Source of the DNA: an uncultured Planctomycetales bacterium
GTDB taxonomy: Bacteria; Omnitrophota; Gorgyraeia; Gygaellales; Profunditerraquicolaceae
DNA: 64,000 bases
Direction: 5' to 3'
NCBI GenBank assembly: GCA_964545575.1
Contig: CAZJFL010000003.1
Coordinates: 55,000-118,999 of the forward strand
Position numbers and translations under genes: made by a program. The notes under the pieces are model-generated. The model was not told the origin of the DNA, ran no database searches, and saw nothing but the letters and a program-made list of their open reading frames with translations. Shown here in pieces: positions 54,789 through 64,000 of the stretch (its first letter is position 1; the number at the start of each line of letters is the position of its first letter).

Positions 54789-55919
54789 GATAAACCAAAG
54801 GCCGATGCTTGCCGCTATCCCCATAAACCCACCGAAATAAAACGGGGCGGCAGCACCCAGAAACTTCCAGAGTAACCCCGCCAATAATGAAGCGGGCAAT
54901 AATCCTATCCCGACAAAGGTAGCATGCAGGCCGATGGCAGTGGCGCGTAAATTAACCGGCGCCATATCTGTTACCAATGCCTTTTCTACGCCTTCGGTAA
55001 ATCCGATATACAACCCATAAACCCCGAATAAAACCCAGAACATATTTAAGGAATTATTCAGCGCAAACCCCAGATACACCAGCCCGTAGAAAAAATAACC
55101 CAAGACCAGGAGTTTCTTTCTGCCGATTCTATCGGAAATGCGGCTGGCCGGGTAGGCAACTGAAGCATAAACGGCATTATAAACCAGATAAAAGAGGATT
55201 ATCTGCGGGAGGGGGCTGCCCAGGTTTTTTGCGCGCAACAAGAGGAATTGGTTGGAAGAATTACCAAGCGTGAAGATAAAAGTAAAGATAAGGAAAAGTT
55301 TTAATCTTTTATCCAAGGCGCGCCACCTGAATTCTAATCTTTTAGAGAGGGCGGGCCTTTCTTGCGCCTTTTTTTCCCTGACAAAGAATAAAACCAGAAC
55401 TCCAAAAAATGCCGGAATAAGCGAGAATAAAAATACGTCTCTCAAAGGGCCCCTGAAACGGGTGACCAAAAAATAGGCTATGGCGACCCCTGCTGTCGCT
55501 CCCAAAGTATCCATGGCCCGATGCAGCCCAAAAGCAGCCCCGCGTTTTCCCTCTTTAGCGCTCTCTGCAATCAACGCATCCCGCGGAGCCGTGCGCACGC
55601 CTTTGCCGAAACGGTCGATTACCCTGCCGCATAAAACCATCCCCCAGCTCTGAGAAATATACAAAAATAATTTGCCGAGGGTAGAGCCGGTATAACCGAT
55701 TATAGTAAAAGGCTTCCTTAATTTTATCCTGTCGGAAAAATATCCTGAAAAAACCTTAAGCAGGCTGGCTAGGCTTTCGGCGATTCCTTCGATTAAACCC
55801 AGTATCGCCGGGCTGGCTCCGAGGACCGTGACTAAAAAAACCGGCAATATCGGATAGACCATTTCGCTGGAGATGTCGGTCAAGAGGCTGGTTATGCCGA
55901 GTAAAATAATATTGAACAT
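54774..55919 (-). CDS. MFS transporter
   Basis: 381 aa, 12 TM helices. Confidence 0.7.
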   Translation of the reverse strand: MFNIILLGITSLLTDISSEMVYPILPVFLVTVLGASPAILGLIEGIAESLASLLKVFSGYFSDRIKLRKPFTIIGYTGSTLGKLFLYISQSWGMVLCGRVIDRFGKGVRTAPRDALIAESAKEGKRGAAFGLHRAMDTLGATAGVAIAYFLVTRFRGPLRDVFLFSLIPAFFGVLVLFFVREKKAQERPALSKRLEFRWRALDKRLKLFLIFTFIFTLGNSSNQFLLLRAKNLGSPLPQIILFYLVYNAVYASVAYPASRISDRIGRKKLLVLGYFFYGLVYLGFALNNSLNMFWVLFGVYGLYIGFTEGVEKALVTDMAPVNLRATAIGLHATFVGIGLLPASLLAGLLWKFLGAAAPFYFGGFMGIAASIGLWFILRGI

Positions 55920-55920
55920 A

Positions 55921-56409
55921 TTATTCTAAATATTCCCGGGGGTCTTGGGGGATGCCGTTTTTTCTTACTTCAAAATGCAGGTGCGGCTGGATAGCGCGGT
56001 AATTGGCATTGCCGGTTTTGCCCACGCTTCCGATAAGCTCTCCCTGACGCACGAGCGCGTTTTTCTGCACGTAGATATCGGTAAGATGGCCGTAGATAGT
56101 AATCATGCTGCCGGGATGTTTGATCGCAATATAATTGCCCATCCCCTTACTGCTGGTGGCAGCGACCACTATCCCTGAGCGCGCCGCAAATACAGGCGAG
56201 CCGAGCGCAGCCAAGAGGTCGATACCCTGATGCAGCCTTCCTCCGCTACGCGGGCTACCGAATAAGCCATCTCCCATGGAATCGGAGCGGACAACCATCT
56301 TTACCTTGTATTCGATGGGAGAGAAAAAATAGCTTTTATCCAGGAAGTAAAGGCCGGCTACCAGATAAAACGGTAAAACTATCAGTAAAATTAATAATAT
56401 TTTTTTCAT
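55921..56409 (-). CDS. M23-family peptidase
   Basis: HQGIDL, GHLTDIYV, PHLHFEV motifs. Confidence 0.8.
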   Translation of the reverse strand: MKKILLILLIVLPFYLVAGLYFLDKSYFFSPIEYKVKMVVRSDSMGDGLFGSPRSGGRLHQGIDLLAALGSPVFAARSGIVVAATSSKGMGNYIAIKHPGSMITIYGHLTDIYVQKNALVRQGELIGSVGKTGNANYRAIQPHLHFEVRKNGIPQDPREYLE

Positions 56410-56411
56410 GC

Positions 56412-57941
56412 TTATTTTTTAAAACGCACTATTATAGCATAGAGAATAAAAATCAAACAAGCTAAAATGAAGATATCCCCATAGCACGTATAAAGCGAAC
56501 GATTCTCACCCGATACAAAAACATCCTCCGTTTTATAGCCACGAATAAATATGCTCCTTCCCCGGCAATCACTCGCCAAAGAAACGATTTTACCGGAAGG
56601 CAAAATAAAAGCGGAAACTCCGGTATTGGCGGCACGGATAAGATTGATGCGGTTTTCTACGGCCCTGAATACCGAAGCCTGGAGATGCTGTAAGGGCGCA
56701 GATGTTCTTTTGTACCAGGCATCATTAGTGATGTTGACCAAGAAGTCCGCCCCTCTCCTCCTGAATTCCCGGCTCAATTCGGGGAATAAGTCTTCGAAGC
56801 AAACCAAGACCGCAAACTTAAGCAGGAGCTGTGAACTTGACTCCGGAAGCTTAAAAATTGTATAATCTTTGCCGGGGGCGACTTCTCCGATAGGCACGAC
56901 AGTCTCTAGGAAACCGAATATATTTTTTAAGGGCACATATTCCCCGAAAGGAACCAGATGCAATTTATTATAGCGCCCTAGCAGCTCTCCCCGGGAGGAA
57001 ACCAGGAGCGCGCTATTGTAATAGGTGCCTCCTTGCGAGACGACCGCTCCGAAGAGCAGGGGCGTTTTAACGCTCTCTGCAAAGAGCTTTATTTTTTCAA
57101 AATATCGCGGTTCCTCCCCGATGATGGCAGGGCTGGCTGCCTCAGGCCAGACGATTAAATCCGGTTTTTCTTTGGCGGCCGAACTGCTTAAAGCAAAATA
57201 TTCGCCAAAGATAAAATCCTTAGCCTGCGTATCCCATTTTAGATTCTGGGGGATGTTAGCTTGGATTACGGATATTTTGGTTGAGAATTCATAGTTCTTA
57301 GTTTGTAGTAATTTGTAATAACCGTAAGTCAGAGAAATAATTAAACAAAAAATGGGCAATATATATATCTTTAGACTTTGAACCCTGAACTCTGAACGAC
57401 GAACTAATAAATAGCATGCTATATTGACTAACATAATCAAAAACGACACTCCCCAGGCTCCGGTAATATCGGCTATCTGAATCGCCGGCAAATTAAGGTA
57501 CTGGGAATAACCTAATAAGGCCCAAGGAAACCCGGTTAAGAGGTGGCTACGTAAATATTCCAATAAAACCCAGAGGGAAGGAAGCAATAGTAGGGAGTAG
57601 ATAGTAGGTAAGGTGTAGGAGACGGCCAGGCCGAAGAAACCGAAATATAAAGCAAGATATAAAATAAGCAGGATCGTGCCGGGTAAAGTTACGTGGATCA
57701 GCCAGTAAATAGTGCCACTCCAAAATATTACGCCCGTAAAATAGGAGAGTAAAAATGCCTGGGTTCTATTCTTGCCTTCTAACACAAAAAATAACGGCAC
57801 AAACCCAAACCACGCAAAAATCCAAAGATTAAAGTTCGGAAAAGAAAGGATAAGCAGAATTGAAGATAGGACGCATAAGAGCAATTGCTTGGCGATAGGC
57901 GATAGGCGATAGGCGCTATGCGAACTCATCTGCCGCAGCAC
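56412..57941 (-). CDS. lnt: Apolipoprotein N-acyltransferase
   Basis: 509 aa. N-terminal polytopic domain plus C-terminal nitrilase-like CN-hydrolase domain (VCFEDLFPE). Contains two in-frame heptamer repeat blocks. Confidence 0.85.
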   Translation of the reverse strand: MLRQMSSHSAYRLSPIAKQLLLCVLSSILLILSFPNFNLWIFAWFGFVPLFFVLEGKNRTQAFLLSYFTGVIFWSGTIYWLIHVTLPGTILLILYLALYFGFFGLAVSYTLPTIYSLLLLPSLWVLLEYLRSHLLTGFPWALLGYSQYLNLPAIQIADITGAWGVSFLIMLVNIACYLLVRRSEFRVQSLKIYILPIFCLIISLTYGYYKLLQTKNYEFSTKISVIQANIPQNLKWDTQAKDFIFGEYFALSSSAAKEKPDLIVWPEAASPAIIGEEPRYFEKIKLFAESVKTPLLFGAVVSQGGTYYNSALLVSSRGELLGRYNKLHLVPFGEYVPLKNIFGFLETVVPIGEVAPGKDYTIFKLPESSSQLLLKFAVLVCFEDLFPELSREFRRRGADFLVNITNDAWYKRTSAPLQHLQASVFRAVENRINLIRAANTGVSAFILPSGKIVSLASDCRGRSIFIRGYKTEDVFVSGENRSLYTCYGDIFILACLIFILYAIIVRFKK

Positions 57942-60850
57942 TTTTTATATTTTTTGCCCGAATGGCACGGGCAGGGATCATTACGTCCGACTTTGGGCTG
58001 TGCTCTTTGGGGGGCAATAGGCTGCGCTCGGGGCGGGCTGGAAAGATTTTCTTCTCCTAGTAACTTTTCTGCAGGGGCTTCCATTTTAGCAAGCTCCGGA
58101 TGCAACAATTCTTGCGCTACTGAGCTAAAAACACCCCTTATTCTCTCCGGCCTTACCGGCTGTAGTTTAAAAACCGCCTCTACCGCCTCTTCCTCAATAC
58201 TGGAAATCAGCCGGCCGAACATATCAAATGCCTCGCGCTTGTATTCTATCAGCGGGTCGCGCTGGCCGTAAGCCCTGAGGCCTATGCCTTCACGCAGGCT
58301 ATCCATGGCATAGAGGTGGTCTTTCCATTTGCTATCGATAACCTGCAGAAAAACCATGTATTCCAGATGCCGCATCAGTTCGGCGCCCAGTTTTTTTTCT
58401 TTTTCTGCATAGGCAGCCGCGGCTTTCTCATAGAGGTGTTCTTTAATTTTAGCGCCGGCGGAGTTTTCCAGGGAAGATAAGTCTAACTCCAGGCCAAACT
58501 TTAATTTTATTTTCCCGGAAAGTTCTGCGCTACCGGCTGCCTGCCGGACAGCATCGCCGAAATGGGTATTCACAATACCCTCAATCACCTTATCGGTTAT
58601 CCCGAGAATATCTTCTTTTAAAGACACTCCTTCCAGCACCGCCCTGCGCTGGCCGTAGATAACTTCTCTCTGTTTATTCATGACATTGTCGTATTCTAAG
58701 AGCTGCTTTCTGATTTCAAAATTATGCTGCTCCACCCTCCTTTGGGCGATTTCAATAGAGCCGGTTACCCAGGGATGTTCAATGACCTGCCCCTCCTCTA
58801 GGCCGAGCTTATCCATCATGCCGATAATCCGGTCAGAGCCAAAAAGCCGCATCAGTTCATCCCCTAAAGAAACATAAAATCTGGACGAGCCGGGATCCCC
58901 CTGCCTTCCGGAGCGGCCGCGCAGCTGGTTATCGATGCGCCGGGCTTCATGGCGTTCCGTGCCTAAAACGTGCAATCCGGCGAGGGCGACCACTTTTTCG
59001 TGCTCTACCTGGGTTTCCTTTTTATACCCCTCCAATATTTTTTTATACCCCTCTTGATAGAGAGGGTCGTCGGCAGCCAGCTTCTCTTTGGCCAGGCTAC
59101 GCGCCATAAACTCCGGGTTGCCGCCTAATAAAATATCGGTTCCGCGGCCGGCCATATTGGTGGCGATGGTTACCGCTTGATACCTGCCTGCCTGGGCAAC
59201 GATTTGCGCTTCCATTTCATGATATTTGGCATTCAGGACCTGATGCGGTATCCCGCGTACCTTAAGCATCTCCGAGAGCCGTTCTGATCTATCTATGGAG
59301 ATGGTGCCGACCAAAACCGGCCTGCCCTTTTTATATAATTCAGAGATTTCCTCGACCACGGCAGCAAACTTTTCCTTTTCCGTCTTATAAATCCGGTCGG
59401 CGTAGTTTGTGCGCAGGAGCTTGCAGTTGGTCGGAATGACCACTACATCCAGTCTATATATCGCCTTGAACTCATTAGCTTCGGTAAAAGCGGTGCCGGT
59501 CATGCCGGCTAATTTCTCATACATGCGGAAGTAATTCTGGAAAGTAATCGTGGCTAAGGTTTGGTTTTCGCGTTCGATCTTTAAGCCTTCTTTTGCCTCT
59601 ACTGCCTGATGCAGCCCGTCTGACCAGCGCCGGCCAGGCATCATCCTGCCGGTAAATTCATCCACGATAATCACCTGGCCGTCTTTTACCACATAATCCA
59701 CATCTTTTTCGTAAAGGTTATGCGCAGAGAGTGCCTGAATCAGGTGGTGCCGCCACTCCATGGTCTCGACATCATGGAGGTTAGCGATATTAAGCATCTT
59801 ACAGGCTTTTGCTTCCCCTTGTTCGGTAAGATAGGCAGCGTGCTCTTTATGGTCGACGATATAGTCGAAGCCTTTAGTGAGGTCTTCGCCTTTATACTTT
59901 GCGCTAATGGCGTCCTTTTCCAAAATCTCTTTACCTTTTAAGTGCGGGATGGTCTTGTCCACGATATAATATTTATCGGTAGACTCGTCAGCCGCTCCGG
60001 AAATAATCAAAGGCGTGCGCGCCTCGTCAATCAGGATGGAATCCACCTCATCCACAATAGCGTAGAAAAACGGCCGCTGCACTAAATCCTCTAAGCTGTA
60101 TTTCATATTATCGCGCAGGTAATCGAAGCCGAATTCGTTATTGGTGCCGTAGGTGATATCGCAGGCGTAGGCCTTTTTTCTTTCTTCGTCGGACATCTCA
60201 TGCTGTATCACTCCCACGGTCAACCCTAAAAACTCATAAATCGGCCCCATCCATTCGCGGTCGCGGCGGGCTAAATAATCATTGACGGTGACGATATGCA
60301 CGCCTTTACCAAGCAGCGCATTTAAATATGCGGATAGCGTTGCCACCAGCGTCTTTCCTTCTCCGGTAGCCATCTCGGAGATTTTACCTTCGTGCAGGAT
60401 GATGCCGCCGGCAAGCTGCACGTCGAAATGCCGCAGGCCGATGGTGCGCCGGGACGCCTCTCTGACCACGCTGAAGGTCTCCGGTAATACCTGCTCAAAG
60501 ATTTTATTGCGGGTATTTTTAAGCTTCTCTTTTATTTTATCCCGTTCCTCGGCAATGGCGGCTAAAGACAGCGCTTCTTCTAATTCCTTAATCTCCGATT
60601 CGTATTCCGCGGATTTTTTAAACAGGACTTGCTTGAATTCTTCTGTCTTTTTTCTTAATTGCTCGTCCGACAGGCCGCTTATTTTCGGCTCCAGGGCGTT
60701 GATAGCAGCCACGGTCTTAGCCACTTCCGCCATTTTATTGACCGAAGGACTCGGCATTTCAGCATGCAGGATGATATTCACCGCGGGGGATTGCCTGCGG
60801 ATAACTTTTTGCTTCTGATTTAAAATGGTTTTCTTGATAAAGCCTAACAT
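57926..60850 (-). CDS. secA: Preprotein translocase ATPase SecA
   Basis: 974 aa. DEAD-like motor ([13 protein letters not shown]), and the C-terminal zinc motif [14 protein letters not shown]. Confidence 0.95.
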   Translation of the reverse strand: MLGFIKKTILNQKQKVIRRQSPAVNIILHAEMPSPSVNKMAEVAKTVAAINALEPKISGLSDEQLRKKTEEFKQVLFKKSAEYESEIKELEEALSLAAIAEERDKIKEKLKNTRNKIFEQVLPETFSVVREASRRTIGLRHFDVQLAGGIILHEGKISEMATGEGKTLVATLSAYLNALLGKGVHIVTVNDYLARRDREWMGPIYEFLGLTVGVIQHEMSDEERKKAYACDITYGTNNEFGFDYLRDNMKYSLEDLVQRPFFYAIVDEVDSILIDEARTPLIISGAADESTDKYYIVDKTIPHLKGKEILEKDAISAKYKGEDLTKGFDYIVDHKEHAAYLTEQGEAKACKMLNIANLHDVETMEWRHHLIQALSAHNLYEKDVDYVVKDGQVIIVDEFTGRMMPGRRWSDGLHQAVEAKEGLKIERENQTLATITFQNYFRMYEKLAGMTGTAFTEANEFKAIYRLDVVVIPTNCKLLRTNYADRIYKTEKEKFAAVVEEISELYKKGRPVLVGTISIDRSERLSEMLKVRGIPHQVLNAKYHEMEAQIVAQAGRYQAVTIATNMAGRGTDILLGGNPEFMARSLAKEKLAADDPLYQEGYKKILEGYKKETQVEHEKVVALAGLHVLGTERHEARRIDNQLRGRSGRQGDPGSSRFYVSLGDELMRLFGSDRIIGMMDKLGLEEGQVIEHPWVTGSIEIAQRRVEQHNFEIRKQLLEYDNVMNKQREVIYGQRRAVLEGVSLKEDILGITDKVIEGIVNTHFGDAVRQAAGSAELSGKIKLKFGLELDLSSLENSAGAKIKEHLYEKAAAAYAEKEKKLGAELMRHLEYMVFLQVIDSKWKDHLYAMDSLREGIGLRAYGQRDPLIEYKREAFDMFGRLISSIEEEAVEAVFKLQPVRPERIRGVFSSVAQELLHPELAKMEAPAEKLLGEENLSSPPRAQPIAPQRAQPKVGRNDPCPCHSGKKYKKCCGR

Positions 60851-61936
60851 TTTTTCTTTAAATATACCTCGATAAACTCGTCTATCCCGCCGTCCAGCAC
60901 TTTGCCTGCATCGCCGGTCTCATAATCCGTGCGGTGGTCTTTTACCAGCGTATAAGGATGCAAGACATAGGAGCGGATCTGGCTGCCCCATTCGATTTTC
61001 TTTTTTTCAGCACCCTGCTTTGCCAGCTCACGCTCTTTCTTTTCCCGCCCTAATTCCCAGATGCGCGCCTTTAATATTTTTAAAGCGGTCTGTTTATTCT
61101 GATATTGCGAACGTTCGTTCTGGCATTGCGCCACCAGCCCCGTAGGGACGTGGGTGATCCTGACCGCGGAATCCGTGGTATTGACGCTCTGGCCGCCGGC
61201 TCCTTTGGAACGGTAAACTTCAATACGCAGGTCTTTCTCTTCCAAATTCACCTCGGCGTCTTCTTCTATTTCCGGAATGACATCCACGGAAGCAAAAGAA
61301 GTATGCCGGCGTTTGTTGGCATCAAACGGCGATATCCTCACCAGGCGGTGCACCCCGCGCTCAGCCTTAAGATAACCGTAGGCATAATCTCCTTCGATAA
61401 GCACGGTTACGTTTTTAATCCCGGCTTCTTCCCCGTAGAGCACGTCTATGGTTTCTACGCTCCAGCCGTGATTTTGGGCGAAACGGCTGTACATGCGCAA
61501 AATCATCCCCACCCAGTCGCAGGACTCTGTGCCGCCTGCGCCGGCATTGATACTTAAAATGGCGCTATTCTTGTCTAATTCAGCGCCCAAAAACGCATTA
61601 AACTCTAATTTATCCAGCTCGTTTAAAAGCAGATCAACGCTCTTGTTTAAGTCCGCGCATAACTGCTCATCTTCTTCTTTTAAGATGCTGCTTAACTCCT
61701 CTGCTTCCTGGTATTTCTTAAAAGCGTTTTCCCACGGCTCCACCAGAGCCTTGATGGCTTTTAGCTGCCGGACTACTTTCGTAGACTCCTGGGCATCATC
61801 CCAGAATCCGGGCTCTGACATCCGCGAAGATAGCTCTGCAATCAATTTATTTTTATTCTCTATGTCAAAGATAACCTCTTAAATTATTCAGGTGGGTAGA
61901 TACAGATGAGAGTTTGGATTTGATTTCTTCCAGCAT
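60844..61936 (-). CDS. prfB: Peptide chain release factor 2, with programmed +1 frameshift
   Basis: GGQ and SPF motifs. The 0-frame N-terminus [23 protein letters not shown] stops at CTTTGAC (minus strand, 61864-61870), with AGAGGT three nt upstream. The +1 frame continues [14 protein letters not shown]... Confidence 0.9.
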
Positions 61937-61963
61937 CTTTGGCCTCCGTGATTTTAAAGCTGA

Positions 61964-63055
61964 TTAAACTTTTCTGATGCCCTTTAAGGAAAGGATAAAC
62001 TCGTCTTTATTATCGGAGAAGGCCATGGCTTCTTCTTCGCTAATCTTTCCCGCTTCCGAGAGCTTAACCAGCGACTGGGTAAAAGACTGCATCCCGAAGA
62101 TAGAGCCTTCTTCGATGAACTTAGGAATCTCGACCACGTTTCCTTCCCTGATTAAACGGCTGATCGTGGGTGTCAGGAGCATGATTTCATAGGCCGGGAT
62201 ACGCCCGGACTGACCCTTTAAGGGAACCAGCCGCAAAGAGATTACGCCTTTTAACAAGGTTGCCAGCTGCATATGTACCTGATGATGCTGGTGCGGCGGG
62301 AAAAAATTGGTAATGCGCTCGACGCTCTGCGCGGCATTGATGGTGTGCAGGGTGCTTAAAACCAGGACCCCTGTCTCTGCCGCAGTCAGGGCCGCAGCCA
62401 TGGTCTCCGGGTCGCGGATGTTGGCAATATAAATCACATCCGGGCTCTGCAGGGTAAATGCGCGCAGCGCCGTAGCATAAGAGAGCACGTCCAGCCCCAG
62501 CTCTCTCTGATTGATAATGGAGCCTTTGTCCTTGAAGGTGAACTCAATGGGCTCTTCTATGGTCAGGATGTGCTTTTTGGTATTGCTGTTAATGTACTCA
62601 AGCATGCTGGCGATAGCGGTAGACTTGCCGCTGCCGGTGCTTCCGGTCAAAAGGACTAACCCCCTGGTTTCCAGGCATAACTTTTTTAATACCTCGGCGG
62701 GGAGGTTCAGTTCTTGGAAATTAGCGATGGTATTGCGTATGTTCCTGATCACGAAAGCCGGCCAGTTCCGCTGCATAAAAATGCTTATGCGCAGGCGCCT
62801 GTCCAGCTCTTGCGAAAATAAAGCAAAATCTATATCTAAATTATTTTTTAGTTTTTCTCTTTGCTCTGGGGTAGTGATTTCTTCTACCGCTTTTACGACA
62901 TCATCTATAGTAAGGGCCTCTTCTCCCAGCGCCGTAATATGCCCGTCTACCCTTAAGCGCGGGGGGCTGCCAGCGCGACAGAATAAATCCGAAGCATCCT
63001 GCCTTACCATCTCTTCTAATAATTTCTTGGTTTTCATCGGCTCGTCCCTCCTCAC
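61964..63055 (-). CDS. pilT: Type IV pilus retraction ATPase PilT/PilU family
   Basis: 363 aa. Walker A GSTGSGKST, Asp/His boxes, PilT-family pattern. Confidence 0.85.
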   Translation of the reverse strand: MRRDEPMKTKKLLEEMVRQDASDLFCRAGSPPRLRVDGHITALGEEALTIDDVVKAVEEITTPEQREKLKNNLDIDFALFSQELDRRLRISIFMQRNWPAFVIRNIRNTIANFQELNLPAEVLKKLCLETRGLVLLTGSTGSGKSTAIASMLEYINSNTKKHILTIEEPIEFTFKDKGSIINQRELGLDVLSYATALRAFTLQSPDVIYIANIRDPETMAAALTAAETGVLVLSTLHTINAAQSVERITNFFPPHQHHQVHMQLATLLKGVISLRLVPLKGQSGRIPAYEIMLLTPTISRLIREGNVVEIPKFIEEGSIFGMQSFTQSLVKLSEAGKISEEEAMAFSDNKDEFILSLKGIRKV

Positions 63056-63058
63056 TTA

Positions 63059-63331
63059 TTATAGCATTAACTTCTTAATTTGTCTCTCCAGATTTAACAA
63101 CGCTGCTTTTTTCTTCTTTCCCCAAACATAGCCGCCGACTCCTGCGCTAGATGTCACCACGCGGTGGCAGGGGATGAATAAGGGACAAGGGCTATTTTTT
63201 AATACCTGCCCGACAGCGCGCTGGGCCCTGGGAGAACCTGCTTTTTTGGCCACCCACTTGTAGGTACGGACTTCGCCTAACGGAATAGCTGCCACAACCC
63301 GATATACTCGTTTTGCGAAAGGAGTCATCAT
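63059..63331 (-). CDS. MGMT-family (O6-alkylguanine-DNA alkyltransferase DNA-binding/active-site domain) protein
   Basis: 90 aa. IPCHRVV active-site motif. Only the C-terminal domain is present. Confidence 0.7.
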   Translation of the reverse strand: MMTPFAKRVYRVVAAIPLGEVRTYKWVAKKAGSPRAQRAVGQVLKNSPCPLFIPCHRVVTSSAGVGGYVWGKKKKAALLNLERQIKKLML

Positions 63332-63334
63332 TTT

Positions 63335-63473
63335 AAACTCTAAACCCTAAACACTAAACCCTAAACAAATTCTAATTTATAAATTCTAAACTTGCCAGTT
63401 TAGGACATTAGGATTTGGAATTTGGGATTTGTTTAGAGTTTAGGATTTCGGATTTAGGATTTAACATTATTTG
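63335..63473. repeat. Imperfect inverted array of heptamer repeats (CTAAACC/CTAAACA x4 ... GGGATTT/AGGATTT x~6)
   Basis: Left arm ctaaaccctaaacactaaaccctaaac; right arm aggatttggaatttgggatttgtttagagtttaggatttcggatttaggattt. Roughly self-complementary, lying between the MGMT and uvrC genes. Confidence 0.7.
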
Positions 63474-64000
63474 CCAATAATTTTTTATGCCGTAACAAGT
63501 GGTGGTATTTAATCGCAAAGCGGTGCGCTTCGTCGCGGATCCTGCGTATTAGATTCAAGGCCGGGGTATCGGCTTTTAGCTTTATGGGATTATCCTTGGC
63601 CGGCAGGTATATATTCTCCCTATCCTTGGCCAGGCTGATTAAGTCAACATGCAAAGCTAAGGCTTTTATTACCCTGGCTGCCACGGCAAGGTGCCCCCTG
63701 CCTCCGTCGATCAGGATTAAATCCGGCAAGGAAAGGCCCTCTGCCAACAGCCTGGAATAGCGCCTCTGGATTACTTCTCTGAGCATCCCGTAATCGTCTA
63801 TATTTTTGACGGTCTTAATGCGGAAACGACGGTAGTTATTCTTATCGGAATTACCCCGGTAAAAACTTACCATTGAGCCGCAGGCACCGGCTCCGGAAAT
63901 ATTGGATATATCAAAAGCCTCGATGCGCTCCGGAAGTTTATGCATCCTTAGCAGGTTTTTTAAATCTTGGAGCTCATCAATGCTTGTTTTCTCTTGCCCC
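63454..64000 (-). CDS. uvrC: UvrC-like excinuclease subunit, C-terminal part (the gene starts beyond the window); ends without the usual HhH domain
   Basis: FDISN, LIDGGRGHL and RDEAHRFA motifs of the UvrC RNase H-like endonuclease domain. The ORF terminates inside a heptamer-repeat element. Confidence 0.65.
   Translation of the reverse strand, partial: GQEKTSIDELQDLKNLLRMHKLPERIEAFDISNISGAGACGSMVSFYRGNSDKNNYRRFRIKTVKNIDDYGMLREVIQRRYSRLLAEGLSLPDLILIDGGRGHLAVAARVIKALALHVDLISLAKDRENIYLPAKDNPIKLKADTPALNLIRRIRDEAHRFAIKYHHLLRHKKLLANNVKS

Noticed and set aside
63335-63473. CCCTAAA telomere-like repeats / CRISPR-like array
   Set aside because: Only 2-4 units per arm, no spacer-repeat periodicity, no cas genes, internal position in a bacterial contig; treated as a palindromic repeat element instead.

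Overview
Low-GC 64 kb window from an apparently anaerobic, uncultivated-type bacterium; about 90% is coding and almost every gene is on the minus strand. From low to high coordinate: (1) An exopolysaccharide biosynthesis and export block at 1-8009: DegT-family aminotransferase, Wzy/O-antigen-ligase-like membrane protein, HD-GYP phosphodiesterase, an ExeA/GspA-like AAA ATPase of the type found in PEP-CTERM EPS loci, a Wzc-like chain-length/tyrosine autokinase and a Wza-like exporter. (2) Directly next to it, at 8084-15137, a compact RiPP-like operon: PqqD-family protein, a translationally coupled 86-aa Cys/Trp-containing small protein, two radical SAM/SPASM enzymes, an HprK-related P-loop kinase, an ABC exporter and a fused S24-peptidase/nucleotidyltransferase protein. 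It resembles the poorly characterised SynChlorMet / HPr-rel-A peptide-maturation cassettes, whose products are unknown, and is the most interesting system here. (3) A 1534-aa secreted exoprotein with a two-partner-secretion (filamentous haemagglutinin type) N-terminal domain and beta-helical repeats. (4) Housekeeping genes: ftsH-like, purN, a complete rnf operon in the unusual order C-G-D-E-A-B, MFS transporter, tRNA-Thr(CGU) with a consensus promoter. (5) An O2/ROS-detoxification island: trxB, glutaredoxin, PNPOx-like, superoxide reductase, rubredoxin, flavodiiron protein, FNR-like reductase, a Met-rich membrane protein, Rrf2 regulator. Two of its operons are preceded by a conserved ~90-nt leader element showing compensatory base changes. 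(6) Metal homeostasis: YHS-permease, ZIP transporter, a Cbi/Nik MNQO ECF transporter whose ATPase gene carries an in-frame TAA, NikR with its operator, CDF transporter. (7) thiE, an AmmeMemo-type radical SAM gene, a PP-loop ATPase, three tandem ArsB/NhaD-type permease paralogs, bioY, lpxL-like, lnt, secA, prfB with its programmed +1 frameshift, pilT, a small MGMT-family gene and a partial uvrC. A family of short heptanucleotide tandem repeats (3-4 copies, often GGG/CCC-containing) occurs in-frame inside several unrelated genes and in two intergenic spots.
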